NCBI GenBank assembly: GCA_000092065.1
Contig: CP000589.1
Reading direction: 5' to 3' (one strand)
From: Ostreococcus lucimarinus
Lineage: Eukaryota
DNA length: 64,000 nucleotides
Shown: piece after piece, positions 10,618-20,112 of the stretch
Layout of the letters: each line of letters starts with the position of its first letter
How positions within the stretch are numbered: the stretch's first letter is position 1
Program-made: the position numbers and the translations under genes
Notes under the pieces: generated by a model
Told to the model about the DNA's origin: nothing
The model's input: only the letters and a program-made list of their open reading frames with translations
Databases searched by the model: none

Positions 10618-10806
10618 CGAGCCGACGCGTCTCACCGAGCGCGCGTTGTACACTGAACTCTCGAATCGCACTACAACGTCGTCATCGCTCGCGTCGTTCG
10701 CATCGCGATCGCCGCGGATCGATCGCGCGAGAAACTATCTAGATCGCGACGCGTCGCCGTCTCCGACGCCGGCGCGTCGCCGTCTCGTCTTCGCCCCCTC
10801 GCGCGC

Positions 10807-11250
10807 TCAATATCTCGTCCCCTCCGCCGGTTGCGGCGCCCTTCGACACTCCGGTCGCATCATCGCGTGATACACCGCGTTCAGCGCGTCCTCGATCGAG
10901 TTATTCCTCTTCCACGCCTGCGCGACGCCCAGCGTCTTCAAATCCACCGTCCCGTCGCCCTTCACGAATGGCAGATTCACCTTCGTCTTAAATCGCATCT
11001 CCGGCGGTCTCTCCGGGTACGCGCTCCCGCACTCGATCGCGAGCTCCAGCACGCGCATGTCCAGCGTCGTTCCCGCGGGTCCGAGGATCGTCCCCGTCCA
11101 CGCGCGCATGTCCTCGTCCTCGTCCGCGTCCGCGAGTCCGTACGAGAGGTACGGCGGCAGGCCCGCGCCGCCCTTCTCGCCCTTCTCCAGCTCCTTCAGC
11201 AGCTTGAACGCGCGCGGCACGACGACGTCCTCCGAGGACGACCCGAACAT
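10807..11250 (-). CDS. MMS2: Ubiquitin-conjugating enzyme E2 variant (UEV1/MMS2-like).
   Basis: 'VPRAFKLLKELEKGEKG...EDEDMRAWTGTILGPAGT...ECGSAYPERPPEMRFKTKVNLPFV' aligns along its full length with UEV1/MMS2. There is no catalytic Cys at the HPN position. ATG at 11248-11250. Confidence 0.8.
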   Translation of the reverse strand: MFGSSSEDVVVPRAFKLLKELEKGEKGGAGLPPYLSYGLADADEDEDMRAWTGTILGPAGTTLDMRVLELAIECGSAYPERPPEMRFKTKVNLPFVKGDGTVDLKTLGVAQAWKRNNSIEDALNAVYHAMMRPECRRAPQPAEGTRY

Positions 11251-11532
11251 GGCGCTCGGCGCGCGTGGCGCGCGCGGCGCGCGGCGATGTGGCGATGTGG
11301 CGCGTCGTTTTCATCGACGCCGTCGCGTTCGCGCGCTCGCGGCGCGCGCGCGCGCTCGGCGATGTGGCGCGCGCGGCGTCGATCGCTCGATTGAATCACA
11401 ACGCGGCTAGTCGCGTCGAGTCGCGCGTCGTCGCTCGATCGCGCGCGTCGCGGTCGTCGATCTATCCGAACCGACGAATCTCAAGCTCGGCCGAGCGTCG
11501 CGTCTCGGTCGCGTCGCGCGCGCGCGCGACGC

Positions 11533-11754
11533 TCACTCGACGTTCGCGAACGCGCGCTGCGCGTCCTCGTACGCGCTGCCGACGCCGACGCCGACGCCGA
11601 AGGCGAGCGCGGCGACGCGCGCGCGCGGGCCGCGCAGAAAGATGAAGGCGCTCGCGCCGCCCGCGAGGGCGCCGTAGCACGCGCGACGCAGGCCCACGTC
11701 CACGGCGCGCTCGACGGCGACGTCGTACGGCACGCGCGCGTCGTCGTGCGCCAT
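11533..11754 (-). CDS. MIC10: MICOS subunit Mic10 (MINOS1) homolog, 73 aa.
   Basis: Glycine-zipper transmembrane motifs 'YGALAGGASAFIFL' and 'ALAFGVGVGVGSAYEDAQRAF' align to human MINOS1 'WPLAFGSGMGLGMAYSNCQHDF'. The first ATG is at 11752-11754; the track start at 11787 is GTG. Confidence 0.55.
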   Translation of the reverse strand: MAHDDARVPYDVAVERAVDVGLRRACYGALAGGASAFIFLRGPRARVAALAFGVGVGVGSAYEDAQRAFANVE

Positions 11755-11810
11755 GGAGGCGAGCGCGGCGCGCTGTGCGGGCGGCACAACGCGACGCGGC
11801 GCCGCGATTC

Positions 11811-12458
11811 ATGGGGTGCGCGCAGAGCAAAACCGCGACGGCGCGGCGCGGGGACGTGCGCCTGGTCGACGACGACGACGCGACGACGACGACGACGGAG
11901 GTGCGCGTGAAACTGGTGCTGCTCGGCGCGAGCGGCGCCGGGAAGACGGCGCTGTCGACGCGATTCGTGCGCGGGACGTTTGACGGTGAAAACGCGAGCG
12001 CGACGGTCGGCGCGGCGTTCGCGTCGACGACGCGCGCGCTCGACGACGCGCGGGCGCGGATAAAGTTTGAAATATGGGACACCGCGGGACAGGAGCGATA
12101 CGCGAGCCTGGCGCCGCTGTATTATCGAGGCGCGACGGCGGCGATGATCGCGTTCGACGCGCGCGACGGCGCGAGCTTCGAACGCGCGAGGTATTGGGCG
12201 GAAGAACTGCGCAAGCACGGCGACGCGCGGTGTCGGGTGCTGTTGGTGGGGAATAAAATCGACGCGGTGCGCGACGACGAGCGAGCGACGGCGCGCGAGG
12301 CGTGCGAGGCGCTGGCGAGGGAGTACGGGATGGCGGCGTATCGCGAGACGAGCGCGAAGACGGGCGAGGGCGTTCAAGAGGCGTTCGAGGACGTCGCGCG
12401 CGCGGTGATGACGCGGGAAATGAGCGCGCGGGAAGACGCGACGGTGGTTGACGCGTGA
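11811..12458 (+). CDS. Rab/Ras-family small GTPase with an N-terminal myristoylation consensus (MGCAQSK).
   Basis: G1 'GASGAGKTAL', G3 'WDTAGQERY', G4 'GNKID' and G5 'ETSAK' are present. ATG at 11811 gives 'MGCAQSK'; the track start at 11775 is GTG. Confidence 0.75.
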   Translation: MGCAQSKTATARRGDVRLVDDDDATTTTTEVRVKLVLLGASGAGKTALSTRFVRGTFDGENASATVGAAFASTTRALDDARARIKFEIWDTAGQERYASLAPLYYRGATAAMIAFDARDGASFERARYWAEELRKHGDARCRVLLVGNKIDAVRDDERATAREACEALAREYGMAAYRETSAKTGEGVQEAFEDVARAVMTREMSAREDATVVDA

Positions 12459-12561
12459 GGCGACGCGCAGAGTGTAAAATATGACGATGTAATCGCGCGT
12501 CGCGTCGTCGCGCTTTTAGACGTCTAACCGTCGCCGCAGTTCGCGACGCCGCGGTCCGCGA

Positions 12562-13743
12562 ATGCTGCGCGTCGCTCGCGCCCGAGCGCCGCGCGCGCGC
12601 GTGAATGGCGCTCGCGCGCGTCGTCGCGCGCGCCGAAGCGCCGCGCGCCGCACCGAGGCGACGGGAAACGGTGGCGAACACGAACCGCCGCCGCCACCGG
12701 GCGGCGTCGTGTCCTTCGTCTTGTGCGCGCCCGAAGGACCTTTGAACGTCGGCGCGGCCGCGCGCGTGATTCAAAACTTTTCGTTGCCGAGCTCGCTTCG
12801 CGTCGTGCGTCCGAGCGCGAGCGTGCTGCGCGACGACGACGACGGCGCGTCGGCGCCGCGGTTGCACGAAGACGCGTACAAATTCGCGGTGCACGCGAAG
12901 TGGATGCTGGACGATTGCTGCGCGCGAGGAGAGAGCGTGCTCGAGGCGGTGGCCGAAGCATCGCTCGTCGTCGCCACGACGGCGCGTCCGCGGGAAAATT
13001 TACCGCTGTTGACGCTCGGCGCGGCGTGCGAGAAAATGCGAGACGAAATCGCTCGAGGCGGCAAGTGCGCGATTCTTTTCGGGAACGAACGCACCGGTTT
13101 GACGAACGAAGAGCTCGAGCTCGCTGAATTCGGTGTTTCCATACCGACTTCGGCGACGGTCGGAACGTCCGCGATGGCGCGTCGAAACAAGTATTCCGGC
13201 GGCGCGGGCGTCGACGGATCGCAGACGGCGACGTCGCTGAATCTCGGCATGGCGGTCGGCGTCGTGGCTTACGAGCTATTTTCACAAGTGCACGCGGTGC
13301 GAGAAGACGACGAGACAAAGTCCATCGGTGGGTTCAATCAACCGCATCGCTTGACCGTGGGCGAGCGCGCCGCGCTCATCGACGACGTCGTCGCGGCGCG
13401 GCGAGCCGTCGATGTCTTCGCCGACGTCGACGCCGAAGAGGACGTCATCTTTGCCGAAAAGGAACGTCGCGCCATCACGGCGGTATTATCTTCGGGACCG
13501 ATCGCGACGCGAGATGCGACGCCGATTTTCATGCTCGCGCGGCGCGCGCGCGCGCTCGCCCGGCTCGCGGACCCGAACGCGTTAGTCGCCGACGCGGCGC
13601 GCGCGTACGCGCGAGCCAACGGTGGCGCCGTGCCGAGCACCAAATCTCTCAACGCGTACATTCGCGAAACATTAGGCATCAGTCTCACGAAGCGCGAGCT
13701 CGAGCGCGCCGCAGCGTTGGTTCGCGACGACTTGCCGCCTTGA
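12562..13743 (+). CDS. SpoU/TrmH-family RNA 2'-O-methyltransferase with an arginine-rich organellar presequence.
   Basis: SPOUT motifs 'ILFGNERTGLTNEEL' and 'SLNLGMAVGVVAYELF' are present. ATG at 12562. Confidence 0.7.
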   Translation: MLRVARARAPRARVNGARARRRARRSAARRTEATGNGGEHEPPPPPGGVVSFVLCAPEGPLNVGAAARVIQNFSLPSSLRVVRPSASVLRDDDDGASAPRLHEDAYKFAVHAKWMLDDCCARGESVLEAVAEASLVVATTARPRENLPLLTLGAACEKMRDEIARGGKCAILFGNERTGLTNEELELAEFGVSIPTSATVGTSAMARRNKYSGGAGVDGSQTATSLNLGMAVGVVAYELFSQVHAVREDDETKSIGGFNQPHRLTVGERAALIDDVVAARRAVDVFADVDAEEDVIFAEKERRAITAVLSSGPIATRDATPIFMLARRARALARLADPNALVADAARAYARANGGAVPSTKSLNAYIRETLGISLTKRELERAAALVRDDLPP

Positions 13744-13771
13744 GCGCCGCCGCGAGCCGCCACAGTTCACC

Positions 13772-14683
13772 ATGCGCGTCGGCCCCTCGTGCGCGCGCGC
13801 CGCGTCCAGCGCGAGCAGCGCGTCCAGCGCGTCGCGGTCGAGCGCAAGCAAGCAAGTGTTACGCCTGAAGCACCGCGGACGGGACGTGTTTTTGATCGGG
13901 ACGATGCACTACAACACGGCGAGCATCCGCCTGTGCGAGGAAACGGTGTCGACGCTCCGCCCGCGGCTCGGTGCCGTCGTCCTCGAGACGTGCCCGAAGC
14001 GGTGGGAGAAGACGCTGACGTATCAGCCCGCCGGGAGCGTCATGCGCTCGGTGTTGGATAACGAGTTTCAAAGCGCGGCTGAAGCCGCCGGGGACGACGC
14101 GGAGATCGTGCTCGGCGATCAAGAGATCGCGGCGCTCGGAGAAAACTTGGGACGGCTCGTCAAGGAGACCGCGTTTGATTTATTGTATCCGCCGCGCGCG
14201 TTTACGGGTGGGTGGAAGAGCTACGCGGACGACGTTCGCGAGGCGGTGGCGACGGAAATCGACGGCGGCGACGAGGGCGTCGACGCGATGGATCTGTTCG
14301 GCGACGGCAAGCTGTTGCTCAACGCCCCGGTGTCTTTGATAAGGTATCCCTTGGCGTGGCTTTTGAAGTCGCCCAAGTTGATTGTTCCGTTGGCGTCGTT
14401 TTGGTTGACAATCGCGGCTTTGCCCGGCGCGGTGGAGGCGCTACCGGAGGGCGCCGCGCAGTCGAGTGCCGAGACGCTCGTCACCGATTTGTTCTTGATG
14501 CTCGATTTCTTGCAGGTCACGCTGCTCTCGCGGTGCTTTTTGGTGGCGTTATTGCGCGATAGAAACGAGATATTGGCACGGAGCATCGCCGACGCGTGCG
14601 AGCGCGTTCCCGAGGGAAACGCCGTCGTCGCCGTGCTCGGCGCCGCACATCTCAACGGTGTGCGCCGTCGTCTCGTCGAGTAG
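13772..14683 (+). CDS. TraB-family protein (pheromone-shutdown / TraB domain).
   Basis: 'VFLIGTMHYNTASI' and the C-terminal 'VVAVLGAAHLNGV' fit the TraB domain consensus (GTAHVS...GAGHL). ATG at 13772, 28 bp after the upstream stop. Confidence 0.6.
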   Translation: MRVGPSCARAASSASSASSASRSSASKQVLRLKHRGRDVFLIGTMHYNTASIRLCEETVSTLRPRLGAVVLETCPKRWEKTLTYQPAGSVMRSVLDNEFQSAAEAAGDDAEIVLGDQEIAALGENLGRLVKETAFDLLYPPRAFTGGWKSYADDVREAVATEIDGGDEGVDAMDLFGDGKLLLNAPVSLIRYPLAWLLKSPKLIVPLASFWLTIAALPGAVEALPEGAAQSSAETLVTDLFLMLDFLQVTLLSRCFLVALLRDRNEILARSIADACERVPEGNAVVAVLGAAHLNGVRRRLVE

Positions 14684-14782
14684 TGCCGTCCCCATTTCGC
14701 CCGCAGTCGAGGCGTACGCGCCGATTTGTAGTTTATTGAATTTTAGTCGAAAAGATGCCCGCGACGCCCCGACCCTCACGTC

Positions 14783-15640
14783 ATGACGACCCACGACGCC
14801 CTCGTCGGCACGCTCCCCGGCGTTCGCCTCGAAAATGACACCCACGTGTGTGAAATCACTCGCTTCGGCGCGCACGTCGCGTCGTGGCGCGTCAAACGCA
14901 CGAGCGATGAGCTTTTGTTTCGCTCAAAGTTGGCCAAGCTCGACGGAACGAAAGCCATTCGCGGCGGCGTGCCGGTGTGTTTCCCGCAATTCAGCGACAT
15001 GGGGCCGTGCGCGCAGTCGCACGGGTTCGCGCGAACGTCCGTGTGGGCCGTGGAGGCGCTGAGCGCGACGGAGGTGACGATGGTGCTGCGACGCGGTGAC
15101 GAGGCGGGCGACGGCGACGCGTTCGGCGGCGACTACGAGGCGCGGTTCACGGCGACGCTCGACGGTGACGCGTTGCGCACGGCGTTGCGCGTAACGAACG
15201 CTGGGAAGAGTTGTTTCGAGTTTACGTCGGCGTTGCACACGTACTTCAGGGTTTCAGATTGCGCGAAGACCAAGGTGCGCGGGTTGCGCGGGACGACGTA
15301 TTTAGACAATTTGCGCGCGAGAGCGAGCGCGAAGGACGACGAAGACGCGGTGGAGTTTTCTGGCGAGGTGGATAGGATCTATACCGACGCGCCGAGCGTG
15401 TTGACTATAGACGATGAGGCTCTCGGGCGGAGGTTTCGCGTTGCAAAGACGTCGACGTTTCCGGACGCCGTCGTGTGGAATCCGGCGTTGACGGACAAGA
15501 CGCGAGGCATGAGCGACTTTGGCGACGAGGAATACCGCGAGATGGTGTGCGTCGAAGTCGCCGGAGTGAAGGATAAGATCACCGTGGAGCCAGGAGAGAC
15601 GTGGGAGGCATCGCAGACGATTAGCTATAGCGCGATTTAA
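14783..15640 (+). CDS. Glucose-6-phosphate 1-epimerase (YeaD / aldose-1-epimerase-like).
   Basis: 'GGVPVCFPQFSDMGPCAQSHGFARTSVW' matches the conserved 'GG[IV]PxCFPxFG...HGFAR' core. ATG at 14783. Confidence 0.7.
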   Translation: MTTHDALVGTLPGVRLENDTHVCEITRFGAHVASWRVKRTSDELLFRSKLAKLDGTKAIRGGVPVCFPQFSDMGPCAQSHGFARTSVWAVEALSATEVTMVLRRGDEAGDGDAFGGDYEARFTATLDGDALRTALRVTNAGKSCFEFTSALHTYFRVSDCAKTKVRGLRGTTYLDNLRARASAKDDEDAVEFSGEVDRIYTDAPSVLTIDDEALGRRFRVAKTSTFPDAVVWNPALTDKTRGMSDFGDEEYREMVCVEVAGVKDKITVEPGETWEASQTISYSAI

Positions 15641-15666
15641 CTATAACAAACGCGCGGTTTCTACTT

Positions 15667-18600
15667 CTAGCTGAAAAAGTACACCGAGTCCTGAACGACG
15701 TCTAAATCCAAATCGCCAGGTGCGGGCGGCTGAGGGAACTCGTCCGCGACGTCTGGGTAATTCGCGCGGAACTCGTGATAAAGATTTTCGAGAAGAGGCT
15801 CTTTGTGAACCTCGATGAACTTTTCACGCAGGATGACATTCATGGTGTCCACGTCCGTCGCGTGCGTCCAAAAGGAATCGTGAACGCCGGCGAACGTCAA
15901 TCCGGCGTCCACGCACGCGATCGCCGTCCTCATCATATGAGAACTGTCGATACTGTGAATATAATTCGGCGGGAACGCGCTCCTTTGCTTCACTTTCATA
16001 ACCGGCTGTTGTTCGTCGTGAACTTTTAGCGAGAATGACTGCAAAATCGTCCGCACGCGCTTGGTTCGCTGACTGTGATACGGCTGCACGACGGGCAATC
16101 CCAGAGGCGTGGTCCAACGCACGGGCTCGCCCGCTGAGGTAGCGATCGTGGCGCAGGTCGTGAGCCATCCCATGACATCTCGGGCGTTTGAAAACATATT
16201 ATTCAACGCGTCGAGCGTCCTTTTCGCGGCGTAGTTGGACACACGATAGCGAAGAAGTTCGTTGTCCTCCATCGCCTCGCGCTCACGGAGACGGCTATAT
16301 ATTTGCGCTCGCGCCCCGATGAAAGTAACGCCGTACACGGACGTCATCACCGTCTGCTTCACAAGCTTACGGTCGATGTGCTGAGCGAGTGACATCGCGA
16401 GCTTGGCGTTGTTAACGTCTTCCTCGTCTTCGCTGTCGATGAGTTTAATATCCTCAGCAACGATGCGCTTCAACACATTCGCGATGCCGGTGTAGACGTC
16501 CGCACCTCTGTCTGCGGGGACCAAGTTCACGGCTTCACCACCGTGTAAGTCGCGACCGAGCGCGGCGTAGTGTTGCAACCCGTTGCACGACCCATCTTGA
16601 TGCACGGGTAAATTACTCATGAACTGCGTCGGGTCCGAGAGCTCGAGCGCTTTGTCGAGCTCGATGCACGTCGCCAAACACTGCCAGGGCTCTTCCGCTT
16701 CTTGCCACCACGCATCCTTCGCGAGCGGGTCTTGAGCCGACGCTCGCACGTCTTCTATGCGATCTTTGATGAACTGCACTCTCTCATCCATCGGAAGCTT
16801 GTCGGCGCCGTTACCAAACAGCGTCGCGCACTGGATGTGCATCCAACGCAGGCCGCGCTCGCCGAGCGGCTTCTTTTCGTTAAATCGAAGCAAACCGCGA
16901 CACAAATCACTTCCTATGTGATTCAAGTGCACGTGCATCGTGTACGCGCGCCCTCTAAAATCCAAATTGTGCGGGAAATAAATATTTGGTTCGTTTTTCA
17001 TCTCTCGCGCAACTTGCAATTTAATGAGAAAGTCGCAGCGCTGAGAGTGGAGCTCCATGTTTGACTTTTTCGTCTTTCGCACGCTTTGCAAAAAGTCGAT
17101 AACCTCACCTTTGCCCGGAAGTCCACTAGCGAGCAGCTGCAAACGCTTTTTGTCGCTGCGAAGCGCATATGACCCGCCGGGCCAGCGTGGGAGTTGCAAC
17201 TCAGCGCGAAGCGGAACCTCAGCCACGCCACCACCTCGAGCCCAGACTTCTTCCACGATCGGTAACACATCCGTATTGATTTGCCACGCGGTTTGCCCCA
17301 AAGCATTGAGAGCGTCTAACACGGGTTGGTATTGCACGGGCTCCCCCGATGCGTCCGCCTCGCGCGCTTTCTCCTCCAACGCCGCGATTTGCGCTCGACT
17401 CGGCCCTTCGTTCGAGTACTTCCCTCGCATGCATAGATTATCAGCGCGCAAGTATCCTCCCTTATTGTACCTCTCCCAATACCGCGGCGGGATAACCATG
17501 GGAAAGTGTCGCACCGGTACGAGCGCTGCGCGAGTCATCGTCTCCGTGTTGATGAATCTGTAAATGCTATCGTGCCAGTGCAGCATTCCGTACCCAGCCT
17601 CTTTGTAGTCGTGATAAAAGGCTGGAAGCGTCAATAATTCACCTTTTTCGTCCGGTACGCCAATCTTTGCCGTGTTCATGAGCGCGGTCAGCAGCACTGT
17701 TCCGATTTTAAGGCGAATCTCACGACCCCACTCCGCGTTCTCGAGCGCTTGCCGAGCGTGCTTGGACACCGACTTGATGGTGTTCATCTTTGACGTATCC
17801 AACGCCAAATTAATCCTATGCTCCGCCGCGTCGTCTATTTCCTTGACGTTGCCTTCGGTGTTCACTAGTCTAGATCGTCTAAATGCCTCCTTGGCCGCCT
17901 TTTCCGCCGACCGCATGCGCTCCAAGTTCACCTCAGCTTGCACCGCGCTTCCAACTTGGTCGGCGACGCTGATAAACTTCGCGCTCCCCGCCGCGGTCTG
18001 GTCGCCCCTTATGAACGACCACGCGCCATTATTCCTACCGTCACCCTTCATCAGCGTGCTGAGCGTCGCGTGAAGCGTCAACACCGCGAGTTTATCCGGT
18101 TCGAGCAAGCCCAAGTAGTGCCCGTACACGCGTCTGTCGACGCCCGGCACGTTGCCCCGTATCTTCTCTTGTTCTTCCGTCAGCGCCTCCACCAGAGGCA
18201 CGTAAAACGACGCCAGCAACTTTTGCACCACGGGTAACTGCGCCCCAATCCCCGCCGCGAACGTCTTCCTCGCCAACTCCTTGTACCGCATCACCTCTCT
18301 TTCCACCGCCAAATTTTCCGCCTCGCGCTGCTTCCGCGTTTGCGCCCGTCTCTCCCCCTCATCCGCGTCCTCCGCGCGCTCTCGCGCCTCGTGCCCCCCC
18401 GCGCGTCTGAGCTGTCGTCTTCGCGCGTGCAGCGACTGCAGCGCGAGCTTGATCTTCGCCCTCCGCTCGTCCGTAGTTTCAAAAATACGATCCTTCACGT
18501 CCCCGAACGCCGTCGCCGCCATGGACAACGGTCGAAGCTTCGGCCCCGGTCGCGGCGCGCGCTCGACCGCGTCCGCGGCGGCGGCGAGCAGCAAATCGAT

Positions 18601-18831
18601 CTCTTCGTCGTCCTCCATCAACTCCGCGGACCATCGCTCGATGGACACCGCGTCGCGCGGCGCGATCGACGACGTCGCGCTCGACGACGACGCGCTCGAC
18701 GCGCGCCTCGCGCGCGCGCGACGATCGACGGCGTCGACGCTCGACGCGCTCGACGCCGCCGAAGACGACGTCGCGCTCGCCGCGCGCGACGCGCGCGACG
18801 CCGCCGCGCGCGCGGCGCGCCGCGCCAACAT
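15667..18831 (-). CDS. RPOT: Phage-type (T7-like) single-subunit organellar RNA polymerase (RpoT).
   Basis: C-terminal motif C 'GVHDSFWTHATD', 'YTMHVHLNHIGSDLCRG' and the overall 1054-aa length and architecture match T7-like mitochondrial/plastid RNAP. The N-terminal S/A/R-rich presequence suggests organellar targeting. Confidence 0.85.
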   Translation of the reverse strand: MLARRAARAAASRASRAASATSSSAASSASSVDAVDRRARARRASSASSSSATSSIAPRDAVSIERWSAELMEDDEEIDLLLAAAADAVERAPRPGPKLRPLSMAATAFGDVKDRIFETTDERRAKIKLALQSLHARRRQLRRAGGHEARERAEDADEGERRAQTRKQREAENLAVEREVMRYKELARKTFAAGIGAQLPVVQKLLASFYVPLVEALTEEQEKIRGNVPGVDRRVYGHYLGLLEPDKLAVLTLHATLSTLMKGDGRNNGAWSFIRGDQTAAGSAKFISVADQVGSAVQAEVNLERMRSAEKAAKEAFRRSRLVNTEGNVKEIDDAAEHRINLALDTSKMNTIKSVSKHARQALENAEWGREIRLKIGTVLLTALMNTAKIGVPDEKGELLTLPAFYHDYKEAGYGMLHWHDSIYRFINTETMTRAALVPVRHFPMVIPPRYWERYNKGGYLRADNLCMRGKYSNEGPSRAQIAALEEKAREADASGEPVQYQPVLDALNALGQTAWQINTDVLPIVEEVWARGGGVAEVPLRAELQLPRWPGGSYALRSDKKRLQLLASGLPGKGEVIDFLQSVRKTKKSNMELHSQRCDFLIKLQVAREMKNEPNIYFPHNLDFRGRAYTMHVHLNHIGSDLCRGLLRFNEKKPLGERGLRWMHIQCATLFGNGADKLPMDERVQFIKDRIEDVRASAQDPLAKDAWWQEAEEPWQCLATCIELDKALELSDPTQFMSNLPVHQDGSCNGLQHYAALGRDLHGGEAVNLVPADRGADVYTGIANVLKRIVAEDIKLIDSEDEEDVNNAKLAMSLAQHIDRKLVKQTVMTSVYGVTFIGARAQIYSRLREREAMEDNELLRYRVSNYAAKRTLDALNNMFSNARDVMGWLTTCATIATSAGEPVRWTTPLGLPVVQPYHSQRTKRVRTILQSFSLKVHDEQQPVMKVKQRSAFPPNYIHSIDSSHMMRTAIACVDAGLTFAGVHDSFWTHATDVDTMNVILREKFIEVHKEPLLENLYHEFRANYPDVADEFPQPPAPGDLDLDVVQDSVYFFS

Positions 18832-19080
18832 CCGCCCCGCACTGCCGCATCGCGTCCGCGTCGCCGATCGACGACGACCGATCGCGATGCGCGCGCGCGA
18901 ACCTCACGCCGTCGATCGCGTCGCGCGCGCGAACCTCGCGCCGTCGATCGCGCGAGCGACGCGCGAGCGATCGCGAGACGGATCGCATCGATCACACACG
19001 GATCATCGCGTCGCGGCATCGCGTCGCGCCATCGCGCGTCGCGCGCGGTCTTTCTGCGACGCGTCGAGCGAGACGTGACC

Positions 19081-20045
19081 ATGGCGTACGTGGCGATGCG
19101 AAGCGCGCGATGCGACGCTCGATTCGCGCGCGACGGCGGGGCGATCGGGGCGCCGTGGACCGCGGCGCGCGCGCGACGGCGGGGCGGGGCGTCCGTCGGC
19201 GTGAAAGCCCTAGCGTTGGGACGAGCATCGCGTCGCGCTCGATCGAGCGCGCGCGGGGGGGCGGCGACGCGCGCGCGATCTCGCGGATTTGTCGTGCGAA
19301 ATCGTGCGCGCGATCTCGCGCGCGCGCGGCGCGCGGGCGGCGCGCGGCGGGCGAGGTCGGGATGAAGTCGCCGACGCGGAGGGTTTCGCGCGCGCGATCG
19401 GGATGCGCGCGCGACGACGGCGACGACGCTGGAACGGTGACCGCGAACGAGACGACTGACGAAAACGCACGTTTATTTCACGATGACAGTAAGACGAAGA
19501 AACAGGTGAAGAACGGGCAACCGAGCTTCTACCCCGCCGATGACATCAAAAAGCCGCTGAAGCGCACGATCGAGCACAAGCAGACCAAGCTTCGCGCATC
19601 CATCGCGCCCGGTCAAGTGCTGATCCTTCTCGCTGGACACTTGAAGGGTAAGCGCGTGGTGTTCTTGAAGCAGCTCGAGTCTGGGTTGTTGCTCGTCGCC
19701 GGTCCGTACGGTGTGAATGGCGTGCCGGCGAAGCGCGTGAACCAGCGCTACGTCATCGCGACGAGCGAAAAGGTTGACGTGAGCGGCGCCGCCGCCGCGG
19801 CGGCCAAGTTCACCGATGCCTCGTTCAAGAAGCCGGCGAAGGATCGCAGTAACAAGAAGAGTGAAGAAGAATTCTTCAAGGTTGACCTCGCGAAGAAGGA
19901 GCTTCCGGCTGATTACCTCGAGAACAACAAGGCTCTCGACAAGGCGCTCGGCGACGCCATCGCGAAGACGCCGTACCTCAAGGAATACATGTCCACGCTC
20001 TTCACTTTGAAGTCTGGCGACAAGCCGCATGAGATGAAGTTCTAA
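19081..20045 (+). CDS. RPL6: 60S ribosomal protein L6e. Proposed model is join(19081..19085,19490..20045): a 5-nt first exon 'ATGGC', a GTACGT donor, a 404-nt intron and a CAG acceptor.
   Basis: The spliced product begins '[97 protein letters not shown]', which aligns with RPL6 'PRYYPTED...[40 protein letters not shown]'. The unspliced upstream frame (19110..19489) is arginine-rich and non-conserved. Confidence 0.8.
19086..19489 (+). other. Proposed spliceosomal intron of RPL6 (donor GTACGT, polypyrimidine 'tttatttcac', acceptor 'gacag').
   Basis: Removing it restores a canonical lysine-rich RPL6 N-terminus in frame; see the RPL6 feature. Confidence 0.55.
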
Positions 20046-20093
20046 GCGGTGTGGCGTAAGTAAGGTTAGTGTTGGTGTCTTGGTGATGTGAAT

Positions 20094-20112
20094 GGGGCGT
20101 TTAGAACGCCCC
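20094..20112. other. Perfect 8-bp stem hairpin (GGGGCGTT-tag-AACGCCCC) in the shared 3' region between the convergent RPL6 and BUD13 genes.
   Basis: The inverted repeat is read directly. It is located 49 bp after the RPL6 stop and 82 bp after the BUD13 stop. Confidence 0.5.

Noticed and set aside
11462-12894. Minus-strand ORFs 11462..12082, 11481..12377 and 11809..12894.
   Set aside because: They are antisense or alternate frames of the Rab-like GTPase and the SpoU methyltransferase. They are arginine-rich, lack conserved motifs, and are mutually overlapping.
18281-19365. Plus-strand ORFs 18281..19078 and 18340..19365 upstream of RPL6.
   Set aside because: They overlap the 5' end / presequence of the RpoT gene on the other strand and the RPL6 intron. 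They are R / A-rich with 'RRRRRRRR' runs and contain no domains.
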